Of a DNA stretch of 64,000 bases, positions 8,788-18,549 are shown in pieces. The notes beneath the pieces were generated by a model. The model did not search any database, had not been told where the DNA came from, and was given only the letters and a program-made list of their open reading frames with translations. Position 1 is the first letter of the stretch. Every line of letters begins with the position of its first letter. The DNA lies in contig JAKSMG010000003.1 in assembly GCA_024400755.1 (NCBI GenBank), forward strand, positions 48,596 to 112,595, read 5' to 3'. The position numbers and the translations under genes were made by a program. This DNA comes from Bacteroidales bacterium (GTDB lineage: Bacteria > Bacteroidota > Bacteroidia > Bacteroidales > WCHB1-69).

Positions 8788-10308
8788 TTATATTTTAACA
8801 GGCAAAGATACGATAAAAGTACTGCCTTGATCTATTTTACTTTTTACCGTGATATTTCCATGGTGCAAAGATACAATTTTTTTAACATATCCCAAACCCA
8901 AGCCAAAACCTTTTGTATCATGCAAATTTCCCTGAGGAACACGATAAAACTCATTGAAAATCTTCTTAATATGCTCTGGCGCAATGCCAATTCCGTTATC
9001 CTGGACTTCAATAATAAGATTTTTGGTGTCATTAAATGTCCTTACCTCAATGGTGGGATTTTTGGGAGAATATTTAATGGCGTTTTCAATTAGATTAATA
9101 ATAACATTTTCAATATGAATCGGATCGGCAAAAATGCGATGAACCGGTGCATCTAACTTCAACGAAATACTTCCCATATTGCTTGAAACCTGCAAAGAAA
9201 TACTTTTCGTGATTTTATTGATTAATTCATGCACATCAACCAAATCAATGTTCATTCGCAATTGTCCTTTGTTGAGTTTGGCGATGAGCAAAATATTGGC
9301 CACCATATTTTCGAGCCGATTATTCTCATCCTTGATAATCGAGACATACATCTGATTCATTTTGTCATCCACGCTTACATCACCCATAGCCTCGCAAGCC
9401 AGCGAAATGGTGGCGATGGGCGTTTTAAATTCGTGTGTCATATTATTAATAAAATCATTTTTGACATCCGACATCTTTTTTTGTCGATATAAAGCAGTCA
9501 AAGTGGCCGCACAAATGACGATAATGATGATAATAAAACAGACAATCAAAATAACAATCGTACTCATACGTTGAAAGAAAATGCTTCTTTCTGAAGGAAA
9601 AACCAAGACGAGGTAATGCGGCGCAATGAATTTATCATTGGATTTTAATTTGAATATATACTCGCTCTGCAAAATTTTATCTTGTTGCACATAACGTGGT
9701 TCAACGACAAAATTCGACGTATAGGCGTTATATAACGCAAAATCAAAAAAGCCGGTGATATTTTCCTCCGCAAGTGCTTCTTTAATGATTCGGTAAAGAA
9801 AATCTCGATTTAGCAACTGTCGGTCACTACTGTCCATTTCCACCCATTTTTTCTGCAATTTCATTTCAGAATTTGCACCACCCACGGCTGAGGTCCACAA
9901 ATTATCATATTCCTGAATAGAAGACAAATAGTTGGTGTCAAAATATATGGTATCGACCACGGCATAAATCGTATTATCCTGATTAAAATCGAAAGTGGTA
10001 TTAATAATACCTATAGGTCGCCGGGTGGCCGAATCCAGGTAAAACCGGTTCGTAAACTTTTTGTACACGGTAGAAATGGGCACGGAATCGGGATCCAACT
10101 GATGAATAGAAGAAAACGCGATCGTGTCATTTTTCAAGGTGGCGTCGATTTTATTGACGACCCCTTCTCCGGCAATCAAAACCTCATTCACGAAGATGCT
10201 CCGCTGCACTTTTTCAGCTTCTTTATAAAGTTGAAAGATAGCAAATACAAGCAGGATAGCAATGCAACCCAAAAAAATTGAAAGAGGTATTAAGAGTCGT
10301 TTTCTCAT
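8788..10308 (-). CDS. Sensor histidine kinase
   Basis: Has two TM segments around a periplasmic region, the H-box HEFKTPIATI, and ATPase N/G boxes (NLIENAIKYS, DNGIGI, GFGLGLGYV). Confidence 0.88.
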   Translation of the reverse strand: MRKRLLIPLSIFLGCIAILLVFAIFQLYKEAEKVQRSIFVNEVLIAGEGVVNKIDATLKNDTIAFSSIHQLDPDSVPISTVYKKFTNRFYLDSATRRPIGIINTTFDFNQDNTIYAVVDTIYFDTNYLSSIQEYDNLWTSAVGGANSEMKLQKKWVEMDSSDRQLLNRDFLYRIIKEALAEENITGFFDFALYNAYTSNFVVEPRYVQQDKILQSEYIFKLKSNDKFIAPHYLVLVFPSERSIFFQRMSTIVILIVCFIIIIIVICAATLTALYRQKKMSDVKNDFINNMTHEFKTPIATISLACEAMGDVSVDDKMNQMYVSIIKDENNRLENMVANILLIAKLNKGQLRMNIDLVDVHELINKITKSISLQVSSNMGSISLKLDAPVHRIFADPIHIENVIINLIENAIKYSPKNPTIEVRTFNDTKNLIIEVQDNGIGIAPEHIKKIFNEFYRVPQGNLHDTKGFGLGLGYVKKIVSLHHGNITVKSKIDQGSTFIVSLPVKI

Positions 10309-10327
10309 AATTCACATTTTAGAAATG

Positions 10328-10335
10328 CAAAAGTA
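10328..10335 (-). promoter_or_regulatory. -7 promoter box (TACTTTTG) for the kinase/regulator operon
   Basis: The plus strand reads CAAAAGTA, 20 nt upstream of the kinase ATG. Confidence 0.45.
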
Positions 10336-10398
10336 CATATTTTTGTAATCGCTCATCAAGAAAATATCTTCAGTTTTAATCGAAAACAATAATTTTTG

Positions 10399-10406
10399 TA
10401 ATTTTG
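10399..10406 (+). promoter_or_regulatory. -7 promoter box (TAATTTTG) for ahcY
   Basis: TAnnTTTG lies 15 nt before ATG 10421 and 36 nt before ATG 10442. A second candidate box, TATTTTTG, is at 10338-10345. Confidence 0.45.
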
Positions 10407-10420
10407 CCGCGTATTTATTT

Positions 10421-11851
10421 ATGAATTTAAACAGAATTACAATGACTGATTACGAATTGAAGTACAAAATTGCCGATATGACATTGGCAGAATGGGGTCG
10501 CAAAGACATCGAAGTTTCCCAAAAGGAAATGCCTGGATTAATTGCATTACGTGAAAAATACGGTGATTCCAAGCCCCTTAAGGGAGTGCGTATTATGGGT
10601 TCTCTTCACATGACCATCCAAACGGCCGTGTTAATTGAAACTTTAGTACATTTGGGTGCCGAAGTGCGTTGGTGCAGCTGCAACATTTTCTCAACGCAGG
10701 ATCACGCCGCCGCCGCCATCGCAGCCACGGGAGTTCCCGTTTTTGCTTGGAAGGGCGAATCCTTGGAAGAATATTGGTGGTGTACCAATCAGGCCCTGTC
10801 TTTCCCTGGAGGAAAAGGTCCTCAACTTATCGTTGACGACGGTGGTGATGCCACCTTATTGATTCACACAGGATACAAAGCGGAAGAAGATCCTTCCATT
10901 TTGGACAAAACACCGTCATCTCAGGAAGAAGGCGTTATATTGAACACGCTCAAGGAACTATTAAAAGAAGATCCACAACGTTGGCATCGTATGGTGAAAG
11001 ACATCAAGGGCGTTTCGGAAGAAACCACCACGGGCGTGCACCGCTTGTATCAGATGATGGAACGCAAAGAATTACTGTTCCCCGCCATCAATGTCAATGA
11101 CTCTGTAACGAAATCAAAATTTGACAACAAATACGGCTGCCGCGAATCCTTGGCCGACGGCATCAAACGTGCCACAGACATTATGTTGGCCGGCAAAGTA
11201 GTGGTAGTATGCGGCTACGGCGACGTAGGCAAGGGTTGTGCCCAATCTATGAAATCGTATGGCGCCCGTGTCATCGTTACCGAAGTGGACCCCATCTGCG
11301 CACTTCAGGCCGCTATGGAAGGTTTTGAAGTCAAAACCGTGGAAGACGCTTTGGATGAAGGCAATGTTTACGTTACTTGCACCGGCAACTGCGACATCAT
11401 TACCGTTGATCACCTCAACCGAATGAAAGACCAAGCCATCGTTTGCAATATCGGCCACTTCGACAACGAAATCCAAGTCAGTGCCTTTGAAGCCCAAACT
11501 CAAATCAAGAAACGCACCATCAAACCACAGGTAGATGAATACATCTTCCCCGACGGCCATTCCATCTTCATCTTGGCAGAAGGCCGCTTGGTAAACCTGG
11601 GCTGCGCTACCGGACATCCTTCCTTTGTAATGAGCAACTCCTTCACCAACCAAGTGATGGCCCAATTGGATTTATGGAAACACGATTACGAAATCGGGGT
11701 CTATAACCTTCCCAAAAATCTTGATGAAGAAGTGGCACGACTTCACTTGTCAAAAATTGGGGCGAAACTCACCCAACTAACTCAAAAACAAGCCGATTAT
11801 ATTGGTGTTCCCGTCAACGGACCATTTAAAAGTGATTTATATAGATACTAA
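10421..11851 (+). CDS. ahcY: Adenosylhomocysteinase
   Basis: Contains SEETTTGV, the NAD-binding motif GYGDVGKG and HFDNEI. The promoter spacing favours the alternative start at ATG 10442 ([12 protein letters not shown]). Confidence 0.92.
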   Translation: MNLNRITMTDYELKYKIADMTLAEWGRKDIEVSQKEMPGLIALREKYGDSKPLKGVRIMGSLHMTIQTAVLIETLVHLGAEVRWCSCNIFSTQDHAAAAIAATGVPVFAWKGESLEEYWWCTNQALSFPGGKGPQLIVDDGGDATLLIHTGYKAEEDPSILDKTPSSQEEGVILNTLKELLKEDPQRWHRMVKDIKGVSEETTTGVHRLYQMMERKELLFPAINVNDSVTKSKFDNKYGCRESLADGIKRATDIMLAGKVVVVCGYGDVGKGCAQSMKSYGARVIVTEVDPICALQAAMEGFEVKTVEDALDEGNVYVTCTGNCDIITVDHLNRMKDQAIVCNIGHFDNEIQVSAFEAQTQIKKRTIKPQVDEYIFPDGHSIFILAEGRLVNLGCATGHPSFVMSNSFTNQVMAQLDLWKHDYEIGVYNLPKNLDEEVARLHLSKIGAKLTQLTQKQADYIGVPVNGPFKSDLYRY

Positions 11852-11899
11852 AAATACTTGTTATTTTAAAGTATTTAATATTATTTGAAAAAATTACCT

Positions 11900-11907
11900 T
11901 ACCTTTG
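11900..11907 (+). promoter_or_regulatory. -7 promoter box (TACCTTTG) for hppA, abutting the ahcY terminator
   Basis: TAnnTTTG lies immediately 5' of the terminator stem and 83 nt upstream of ATG 11990. Confidence 0.4.
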
Positions 11908-11957
11908 CAAACTCATTTGACGTTTTTTGCTCAAGTCAAATGAGTTTGTTTTTTTTG
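11908..11957 (+). terminator. Rho-independent terminator of ahcY
   Basis: A perfect 14-bp stem (CAAACTCATTTGAC ... GTCAAATGAGTTTG) with a 13-nt loop, followed by a T9 run. Confidence 0.85.
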
Positions 11958-11989
11958 ATTCAAATAATTATAAATCAAATACATATATT

Positions 11990-14383
11990 ATGAAAAAAGT
12001 ATTATCATCATTGGCGTTACTGCTGTTTCCTGCATTTATTTTTGCCAGCGAAGCGGATCTTACGCTGCCAAACTTTTCTGATGTTACCTTTTTTAATGGC
12101 AGTGTAACTGCCAAAGCTTTGTTGCTATGGGGCTCCATCATCGTAATTTTAGGATTAATTTTTGGCTTGTTCCAAGCTTTGAGAATCAAAAAATTTCCTG
12201 TTCACACCTCTATGCGCAATGTCGCCAACACCATCTATACCACTTGTAAAACATACTTGCTGCAACAAGGAAAATTCCTGCTTATCCTTTTTGCCATCAT
12301 TGGCGCCATCATTATTTTCTATTTCGGCGTACTCAGTGGCAAAAGTGTCCCGCAAGTCTTATTGATTTTATTGTGGACTATTCTTGGCATTTGCGGTTCA
12401 TACGCCGTAGCCTGGTTCGGCATTCGTATCAACACCTACGCCAACTGCAGAACTTCCTTTGCCTCTTTACGCGGCAAGCCCTGGGATGTGGTTTCCTTGC
12501 CATTGCAATCAGGTATGAGTGTAGGTTTGTTGCTCATCACCATCGAATTAATTATGATGTTGATTATCTTACTATTCATCCCTGCCGAAAGTGCCGGTGC
12601 TTGTTTGATTGGTTTTGCCATTGGTGAATCCTTGGGTGCGAGTGCATTGCGTATCGCCGGTGGTATTTTCACCAAAATTGCCGATATCGGTTCCGACTTG
12701 ATGAAGGTTATCTTTAAGATTGGGGAAGATGATCCACGTAACCCTGGCGTTATTGCCGACTGTACGGGCGACAACGCAGGCGACAGCGTTGGACCTACCG
12801 CCGACGGCTTCGAAACTTACGGTGTTACCGGTGTTGCTTTGATTTCTTTCATCATCTTAGTCTTAGGAGGAAATATTGAAACCCAAGCCCTTTTAATCGC
12901 CTGGATTTTCGCGATGCGTATTTTAATGGTGTTCACTTCTGTTTTATCATACGGCATCAACCACGCTATTTCTACTGCCAAATATAAAAACTCCAAGAAT
13001 TTCAATTTTGAAAACCCATTGACTTCCTTGGTATGGATTACTTCCATCATCTCCATCGTCGTTACTTTCTGCATCAGCAACTTATTATTGACCAACAACT
13101 CTGTAGCCGACACTTACGGTCCAGACTTGTGGTGGCGTTTGGCTGCCATTATCAGTTTCGGTACTTTGGCCGCTGCCATTATTCCTGAAATCACAAAGGC
13201 ATTCACCAGTTCCAACAGCCGTCACGTACAGGAAGTGGTAACCGCATCTCGCGAAGGCGGTGCTTCCCTGACTATCTTATCTGGTATGGTTGCTGGTAAT
13301 TTCAGCGCATTTTGGAAAGGCTTGATTATGGTCGGCTTAATGTTAGGTGGCGTTGTCGTAGCTTCTAACGGACTTGAAATTTTCGGTGAATATTCTTCCA
13401 TTTTCGCCTTCGGTTTGGTTGCATTTGGTTTTCTGGGTATGGGTCCTGTTACCATTGCGGTTGACAGTTACGGACCAGTAACCGACAATGCCCAATCTGT
13501 TTTCGAATTATCTCAAATCGAACAAATTCCAAATATTTCTTCTGAAATCGAAAAAGAGTATGGCTTTACCCCTGATTTCGAAATGGGTAAGTATTATCTT
13601 GAAGCCAACGATGGTGCCGGCAATACTTTCAAGGCCACGGCCAAACCCGTATTGATTGGTACTGCCGTAGTTGGTGCCACCACTATGATTTTTGCCATCA
13701 TCTTATTACTGAAAAATGTTGGATTGCTCCAATTAAGTTTGACTGACGCTCCTGTCATCCTTGGTTTTATTACGGGTGGTGCCGTTATCTATTGGTTCAG
13801 TGGCGCTTCTATGCAAGCCGTTACCACGGGTGCCTACCGTGCCGTTGAATTCATTAAGAAAAATATGAATTTAGACAAAGATGAAGCAGATATTGAAGAT
13901 TCCAAGACCGTGGTTCGTATTTGTACCAAATACGCCCAACAAGGTATGTGGAATATTTTTGCCGTCATTTTCTGTCTCACATTGGCATTTGCCTTCTTCG
14001 ATCCCAACTTCTTTGTGGCATACTTGATTTCCATCGCCGTATTTGGCTTATTCCAAGCTATTTATATGGCCAATGCCGGTGGTGCCTGGGACAACTCCAA
14101 GAAAGTGGTGGAAGTTGATTTGAAAGAAAAAAATACCGACTTGCACGCTGCTACCGTTATCGGTGACACCGTTGGTGATCCATACAAAGACACTTCTTCT
14201 GTGGCTTTGAACCCCATCATCAAATTCTCTACCTTATTTGGTATGTTGGCAGTGGAAATTGCCATTGGTATGAAATTGTCAGACACCGCCATTGACTATA
14301 CCCCATACATTGGTGCAATCTTCTTCATTGTTGGCTTAATTTTCGTGTATCGTTCTTTCTACGGTATGAGAATTAAAAAATAA
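11990..14383 (+). CDS. hppA: Membrane-integral (V-type) proton/sodium-translocating pyrophosphatase
   Basis: Contains the GDNAGD and DTVGDPYKDT motifs and many TM helices. The start is moved to ATG 11990 (MKKVLSSLALL), because 11927-11989 overlaps the ahcY terminator. Confidence 0.9.
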   Translation: MKKVLSSLALLLFPAFIFASEADLTLPNFSDVTFFNGSVTAKALLLWGSIIVILGLIFGLFQALRIKKFPVHTSMRNVANTIYTTCKTYLLQQGKFLLILFAIIGAIIIFYFGVLSGKSVPQVLLILLWTILGICGSYAVAWFGIRINTYANCRTSFASLRGKPWDVVSLPLQSGMSVGLLLITIELIMMLIILLFIPAESAGACLIGFAIGESLGASALRIAGGIFTKIADIGSDLMKVIFKIGEDDPRNPGVIADCTGDNAGDSVGPTADGFETYGVTGVALISFIILVLGGNIETQALLIAWIFAMRILMVFTSVLSYGINHAISTAKYKNSKNFNFENPLTSLVWITSIISIVVTFCISNLLLTNNSVADTYGPDLWWRLAAIISFGTLAAAIIPEITKAFTSSNSRHVQEVVTASREGGASLTILSGMVAGNFSAFWKGLIMVGLMLGGVVVASNGLEIFGEYSSIFAFGLVAFGFLGMGPVTIAVDSYGPVTDNAQSVFELSQIEQIPNISSEIEKEYGFTPDFEMGKYYLEANDGAGNTFKATAKPVLIGTAVVGATTMIFAIILLLKNVGLLQLSLTDAPVILGFITGGAVIYWFSGASMQAVTTGAYRAVEFIKKNMNLDKDEADIEDSKTVVRICTKYAQQGMWNIFAVIFCLTLAFAFFDPNFFVAYLISIAVFGLFQAIYMANAGGAWDNSKKVVEVDLKEKNTDLHAATVIGDTVGDPYKDTSSVALNPIIKFSTLFGMLAVEIAIGMKLSDTAIDYTPYIGAIFFIVGLIFVYRSFYGMRIKK

Positions 14384-14389
14384 TCTCTC

Positions 14390-15178
14390 ATGAACAGATT
14401 CAAACTCCTATTGATTTTACTGCTTTTCTTGCCTTGGATGGTTTACGGACAATCCATCAAGCCAGGGAAAGATTACGTTGATTCTTCCACTACGATGGTA
14501 TGGACAGAAGTAAATATGTCCTGCCAATTCCCTGTGGGAGCACTGCACGATTTATTCAAAGTCAATGGTAGTGTTGGAACTGGCGTCACAGTCAAGACAG
14601 TATCCAATTGGACCTTCGGTATCAGAGGAAACTACTGTTTTGGCGGAAAAATGAGAAACAACGAAATCTTAGACCTGCTCAAGGACCACAACGGCTATAT
14701 TTACAATTCAGATGGTTCCAACAATAAAAAAGACGTCGAAAACGAAATAGAAGGTCGTTATTGGTACGTTACGGCCGGCTTTGGTAAAATTTTTGCCTTA
14801 GACCGTTGGAAAAATTCCGGAATCTGGCTATGGGCAGACTTTGGTTTTGCCCAACATAAGGTATATTTGGGCAGCCAAGTATCTGACAATGTGCCATTAC
14901 TACAGGACAATTATCGAAAAGCCTTCGACCGTCGCTCTTCCGGTTTCACGATGTCACAATCCATTGGATACCTCTTTATTCACCGTGTCCGGGTTGCCAG
15001 TTTTTATGTCGGGTTGGAATTTCGGGAAATGTGGACCAAGCCAGACCGCAATTATATTCTCGGCGTTGGACCGACAGAAGGCACCCCGTATCGCTTCAGC
15101 GGACTGTTTGGCATCAAGGCGTCGTGGCTGATTCCACTTTACGAAAAGAAAAAAGTATCGACATTCTATACTTACTAA
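14390..15178 (+). CDS. Hypothetical secreted protein, possibly an outer-membrane beta-barrel
   Basis: Has a signal peptide (MNRFKLLLILLLFLPWMVYGQ), alternating aromatic/Gly-rich strands and a C-terminal aromatic residue (FYTY). It is wedged 6 nt after hppA and 1 nt before waaA. I do not recognise a family. Confidence 0.55.
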   Translation: MNRFKLLLILLLFLPWMVYGQSIKPGKDYVDSSTTMVWTEVNMSCQFPVGALHDLFKVNGSVGTGVTVKTVSNWTFGIRGNYCFGGKMRNNEILDLLKDHNGYIYNSDGSNNKKDVENEIEGRYWYVTAGFGKIFALDRWKNSGIWLWADFGFAQHKVYLGSQVSDNVPLLQDNYRKAFDRRSSGFTMSQSIGYLFIHRVRVASFYVGLEFREMWTKPDRNYILGVGPTEGTPYRFSGLFGIKASWLIPLYEKKKVSTFYTY

Positions 15179-15179
15179 G

Positions 15180-16412
15180 ATGAGATTTCTATATTCTATC
15201 GGAATACTATTTTATAATGCAGCAATTCACCTTGCTGCATTATTTAATTACAAGGCACGGCAATGGGTGCAAGGCCGCCGGCATTGTTTTGACTTTTTAC
15301 AGGAAAAATGTCAAGGCAAAGAACACATTGTTTGGTTTCATTCGGCTTCTTTAGGCGAATTTGAACAAGGGAAACCTTTGATGCAATTATATCGCACACA
15401 ACATCCCGAATGCACGATCTTAGCCACTTTTTTCTCTCCTTCAGGATATGAAATCAAGAAAAATGATCCAACAGCGGATATTGTTTGCTATCTGCCCATA
15501 GATTCTCCCCACAACGCCAAACGCTTTATTGCTATCACCCACCCCGAAAAAGCCATCTTCGTCAAGTATGAATTTTGGTTCAACTATATGCATCAACTGA
15601 AAAAGAACGACATTCCTTTCTATTATATCTCGGCAATATTCAGACCATCACAATACTTTTTTAAGCCTATCGGACGCTGGTTTGCACAGCAGCTTGCCAC
15701 CTGCTCCTATTTCTTTGTTCAAAATAATGAGTCTAAAAAACTATTAAATTCCATTCATATTGATCAAGTTAAAATTGCCGGAGACACCCGTTTCGATCGC
15801 GTTTACGACATTGCCAACCAAAACTACGAATTGGATTTTGTGCGCCAATTTGCTGGGAACGACAGCAAACTCATCATCGCGGGAAGCAGTTGGGAACCTG
15901 ACGAAAAACTTCTCAAACAACTATTGGAAAAATTACCGGAAAACTATAAGCTGATATTGGCGCCTCACGTAATTGACGCAAAACATATTGAACAAATCAA
16001 GGAACTTTATCAGGATTTCCCCACAATATGTTATTCTGAAAAAGGACAAAAAAACTTATCCTCTTATCGCGTTTTGATTATTGATACTATTGGTATATTA
16101 AGTAAAATATATAAATATAGTTACATATCTTACATTGGTGGAGCTTTTGAAACGGGATTGCACAATATTTTAGAAGCTGCCGTCTTTGGCGTTCCCTTAT
16201 TTTTTGGTCCGCACTACAGCAAATTCAACGAAGCGGTACAATTAGTGGCATTAAAAGGTGCTTTTTCCATTAATACTTATGAAGAAATGCTGCAAAAATG
16301 CGAACTATATGGACAAAACCAAGATGCATACGCTGCCGTATGCCATATTTGCAAATCCTTTGTTCAAGAAAACCTGGGAAGTTGTCAAAAAATAATGGAA
16401 ATAATAGGATAA
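15180..16412 (+). CDS. waaA: 3-deoxy-D-manno-octulosonic acid (Kdo) transferase
   Basis: Contains the N-terminal-domain motif SASLGEFEQGKPL. The 410-aa length fits a GT-B type architecture. Confidence 0.85.
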   Translation: MRFLYSIGILFYNAAIHLAALFNYKARQWVQGRRHCFDFLQEKCQGKEHIVWFHSASLGEFEQGKPLMQLYRTQHPECTILATFFSPSGYEIKKNDPTADIVCYLPIDSPHNAKRFIAITHPEKAIFVKYEFWFNYMHQLKKNDIPFYYISAIFRPSQYFFKPIGRWFAQQLATCSYFFVQNNESKKLLNSIHIDQVKIAGDTRFDRVYDIANQNYELDFVRQFAGNDSKLIIAGSSWEPDEKLLKQLLEKLPENYKLILAPHVIDAKHIEQIKELYQDFPTICYSEKGQKNLSSYRVLIIDTIGILSKIYKYSYISYIGGAFETGLHNILEAAVFGVPLFFGPHYSKFNEAVQLVALKGAFSINTYEEMLQKCELYGQNQDAYAAVCHICKSFVQENLGSCQKIMEIIG

Positions 16413-16470
16413 TTAGAAATTAACCTTAAATTTTCAATTCGTCTTGCAGTATTTTGACAACAAAGTCAGA

Positions 16471-17082
16471 TTATGCCTTTCTTTTTTCAATTTCTTCGTG
16501 AATTTTTGAGGCCATTTCAAAATCCTCGCATTCAACGGCACCTTCAAGAAGATGTTCCAATTCTTCCATTGACATTTCTTCCAATTTAGCCGAAATATAC
16601 TTGTCATAATTTTCATCCGATAAATTAATGTCATCTTCTTCCGGCTCCTCATTTTCCATCAGATTTTTGACTTCGTCAATATTATCTGAGAGATAATTAT
16701 CTAATATATCCTCGTGAATATAAATCGGGATATGCCACTTTAAAGCCAAAACCACGGCATCAGACGTACGGGAATCTATGACCAGCAACTCTCCGTTTTC
16801 ACGCCGCATATTAATATTGGCATAAAAAATACCTTCTTCAAATTTATGGATTTCCACATTTTCAGCTACGATGTTACACGCATCAGACAATTGGAGAAAC
16901 AAATCGTGAGACGTAGGCCGTTTGGGCTTCATCTTGCTCATTTCCAACACAATGGCACGTGCCTCGTTCATCCCGATAACAATAGGAAGCACTCGATCCC
17001 CTTGGCGTTCTGTCAACACCAACGCAAAAGCTTCAGAAGGGCTTTGAGCATTGCGGATATCGGAAACTTCAAGTTCAACCAT
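16471..17082 (-). CDS. Bifunctional nuclease family protein (DUF151-like) with C-terminal UVR-like motif
   Basis: The core is AFALVLTERQGDRVLPIVIGMNEARAIVLEM, with an acidic linker and a tail EELEHLLEGAVECEDFEMASKIHEEIEKR. It lies 12 nt downstream of nupG. Confidence 0.7.
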   Translation of the reverse strand: MVELEVSDIRNAQSPSEAFALVLTERQGDRVLPIVIGMNEARAIVLEMSKMKPKRPTSHDLFLQLSDACNIVAENVEIHKFEEGIFYANINMRRENGELLVIDSRTSDAVVLALKWHIPIYIHEDILDNYLSDNIDEVKNLMENEEPEEDDINLSDENYDKYISAKLEEMSMEELEHLLEGAVECEDFEMASKIHEEIEKRKA

Positions 17083-17093
17083 AAATCTTGGAA

Positions 17094-18365
17094 TTAATTT
17101 TTGGAAGATATGGTATTGAGATTATGCTTATACTTAAAAATAATGGCAAACAAGATAGCAACCACCATAGCGTATGCGGCAAAAATATCCCAAACTGTCG
17201 TCCAATTTCCAACTAAATAACCGTCACTCCAAACACAATATCGATTAACCACCCATTGTGCTACCAGTGTGCCAATCGTAGCTCCCACGCCATTGGTCAT
17301 CAACATAAACAAACCCTGGGCCGAAGAACGGGTATCCTTGTCGGTTTCCTTATCCACAAACAACGAACCGCTGATATTGAAAAAGTCAAAGGCCACACCA
17401 TAAACAATCATTGAAAGGATAAAGAGCCACACGCCGCTGCCGGGGTTTCCGAGTCCGAAGAATCCGAAACGCAAAACCCAGGCGAACATTGCAATCAGCA
17501 TGACCTTCTTAATGCCAAATTTACGCAAGAAGAAGGGAATCAGCAAAATGCACAAAGTTTCGGACACCTGTGACAAGGACACCAAAATATTGGCATGCTG
17601 CACGCCGAAAGTATCGGCATATTCGGGATTAGCACCGAAACTCGCGATAAAAGGATTGGCAAAACCGTTGGTAATCTGCAAAGAAACACCCAAAAGCATA
17701 GAAAAAACAAAGAAAATCGCCATCTTTTTCTGCTTAAAAAGTGAAAATGCCTTCAAACCCAGTGCTTCAGACAAAGATTTTGTTTCGGAAGCAGTTGAAA
17801 TTGGGCATTTTGGCAAGGTAAACGAATAAATGGCCAACACCAAACCAATACAGCCGCTCAGCACAAACTGCTTGGAGGAAGTTTGGAATCCCAACAAATC
17901 AACCGCCCACATAGAGCAGATAAAGCCAACCGTGCCAAAAACACGAATCGGAGGAAATGCTTTCACCGTATCGTAACCTTTCTGGTCCAAAGCATTGTAA
18001 GCCACTGAATTAGACAGAGCCAAAGTAGGCATATAGAAAGCCACGCTTATGGTATAAAGCGTAAACAATATCGAAAATTGAACTTCAGTACCTGTGGCGA
18101 TACCATAATAGCCAGCTGCGATCAACGAGGCACCGGCAATGGCATGGCAAATTCCCAGCATTTTTTGGGCAGGAATCCACCTATCGGCAATAATGCCAAT
18201 CAATGCCGGCATAAAAATGGAAACGATGCCCTGGATGGAGTAGAAAAGTCCAATTTTTCCGCCCATTCCGTAAGGTCCCAAATAGCGGCCCATACAAGTA
18301 AGATACGCTCCCCAAACGGCAAATTCGAGGAAATTCATTATTATCAGTCTGACTTTCAAATTCAT
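17094..18365 (-). CDS. nupG: Nucleoside:H+ symporter (MFS, NupG/XapB family)
   Basis: A 12-TM protein whose N-terminus (MNLKVRLIIMNFLEFAVWGAYLT) is typical of the family. Confidence 0.8.
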   Translation of the reverse strand: MNLKVRLIIMNFLEFAVWGAYLTCMGRYLGPYGMGGKIGLFYSIQGIVSIFMPALIGIIADRWIPAQKMLGICHAIAGASLIAAGYYGIATGTEVQFSILFTLYTISVAFYMPTLALSNSVAYNALDQKGYDTVKAFPPIRVFGTVGFICSMWAVDLLGFQTSSKQFVLSGCIGLVLAIYSFTLPKCPISTASETKSLSEALGLKAFSLFKQKKMAIFFVFSMLLGVSLQITNGFANPFIASFGANPEYADTFGVQHANILVSLSQVSETLCILLIPFFLRKFGIKKVMLIAMFAWVLRFGFFGLGNPGSGVWLFILSMIVYGVAFDFFNISGSLFVDKETDKDTRSSAQGLFMLMTNGVGATIGTLVAQWVVNRYCVWSDGYLVGNWTTVWDIFAAYAMVVAILFAIIFKYKHNLNTISSKN

Positions 18366-18396
18366 AACTTCAAAATTAATACAACAAATAATTTGG

Positions 18397-18404
18397 CAAA
18401 GTTA
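18397..18404 (-). promoter_or_regulatory. -7 promoter box (TAACTTTG) for nupG
   Basis: The plus strand reads CAAAGTTA, 32 nt upstream of the nupG ATG. Confidence 0.55.
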
Positions 18405-18549
18405 CAAGAATTTACTGAAATACCCAACATTCAATTTGATTTTTTGATTTTTCCAAAATAAAATCTCACCCCAGGCAACATTTTTCATTTTTTATCGTCT
18501 ATATAATAAACAACCCCACTTATGTCTTAACATTTCAACACACAATATT

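Noticed and set aside
10309-10420. SAH riboswitch upstream of ahcY
   Set aside because: The interval is only 112 nt, is AT-rich, is occupied by two promoter boxes, and has no GC-rich pseudoknot-forming segments.
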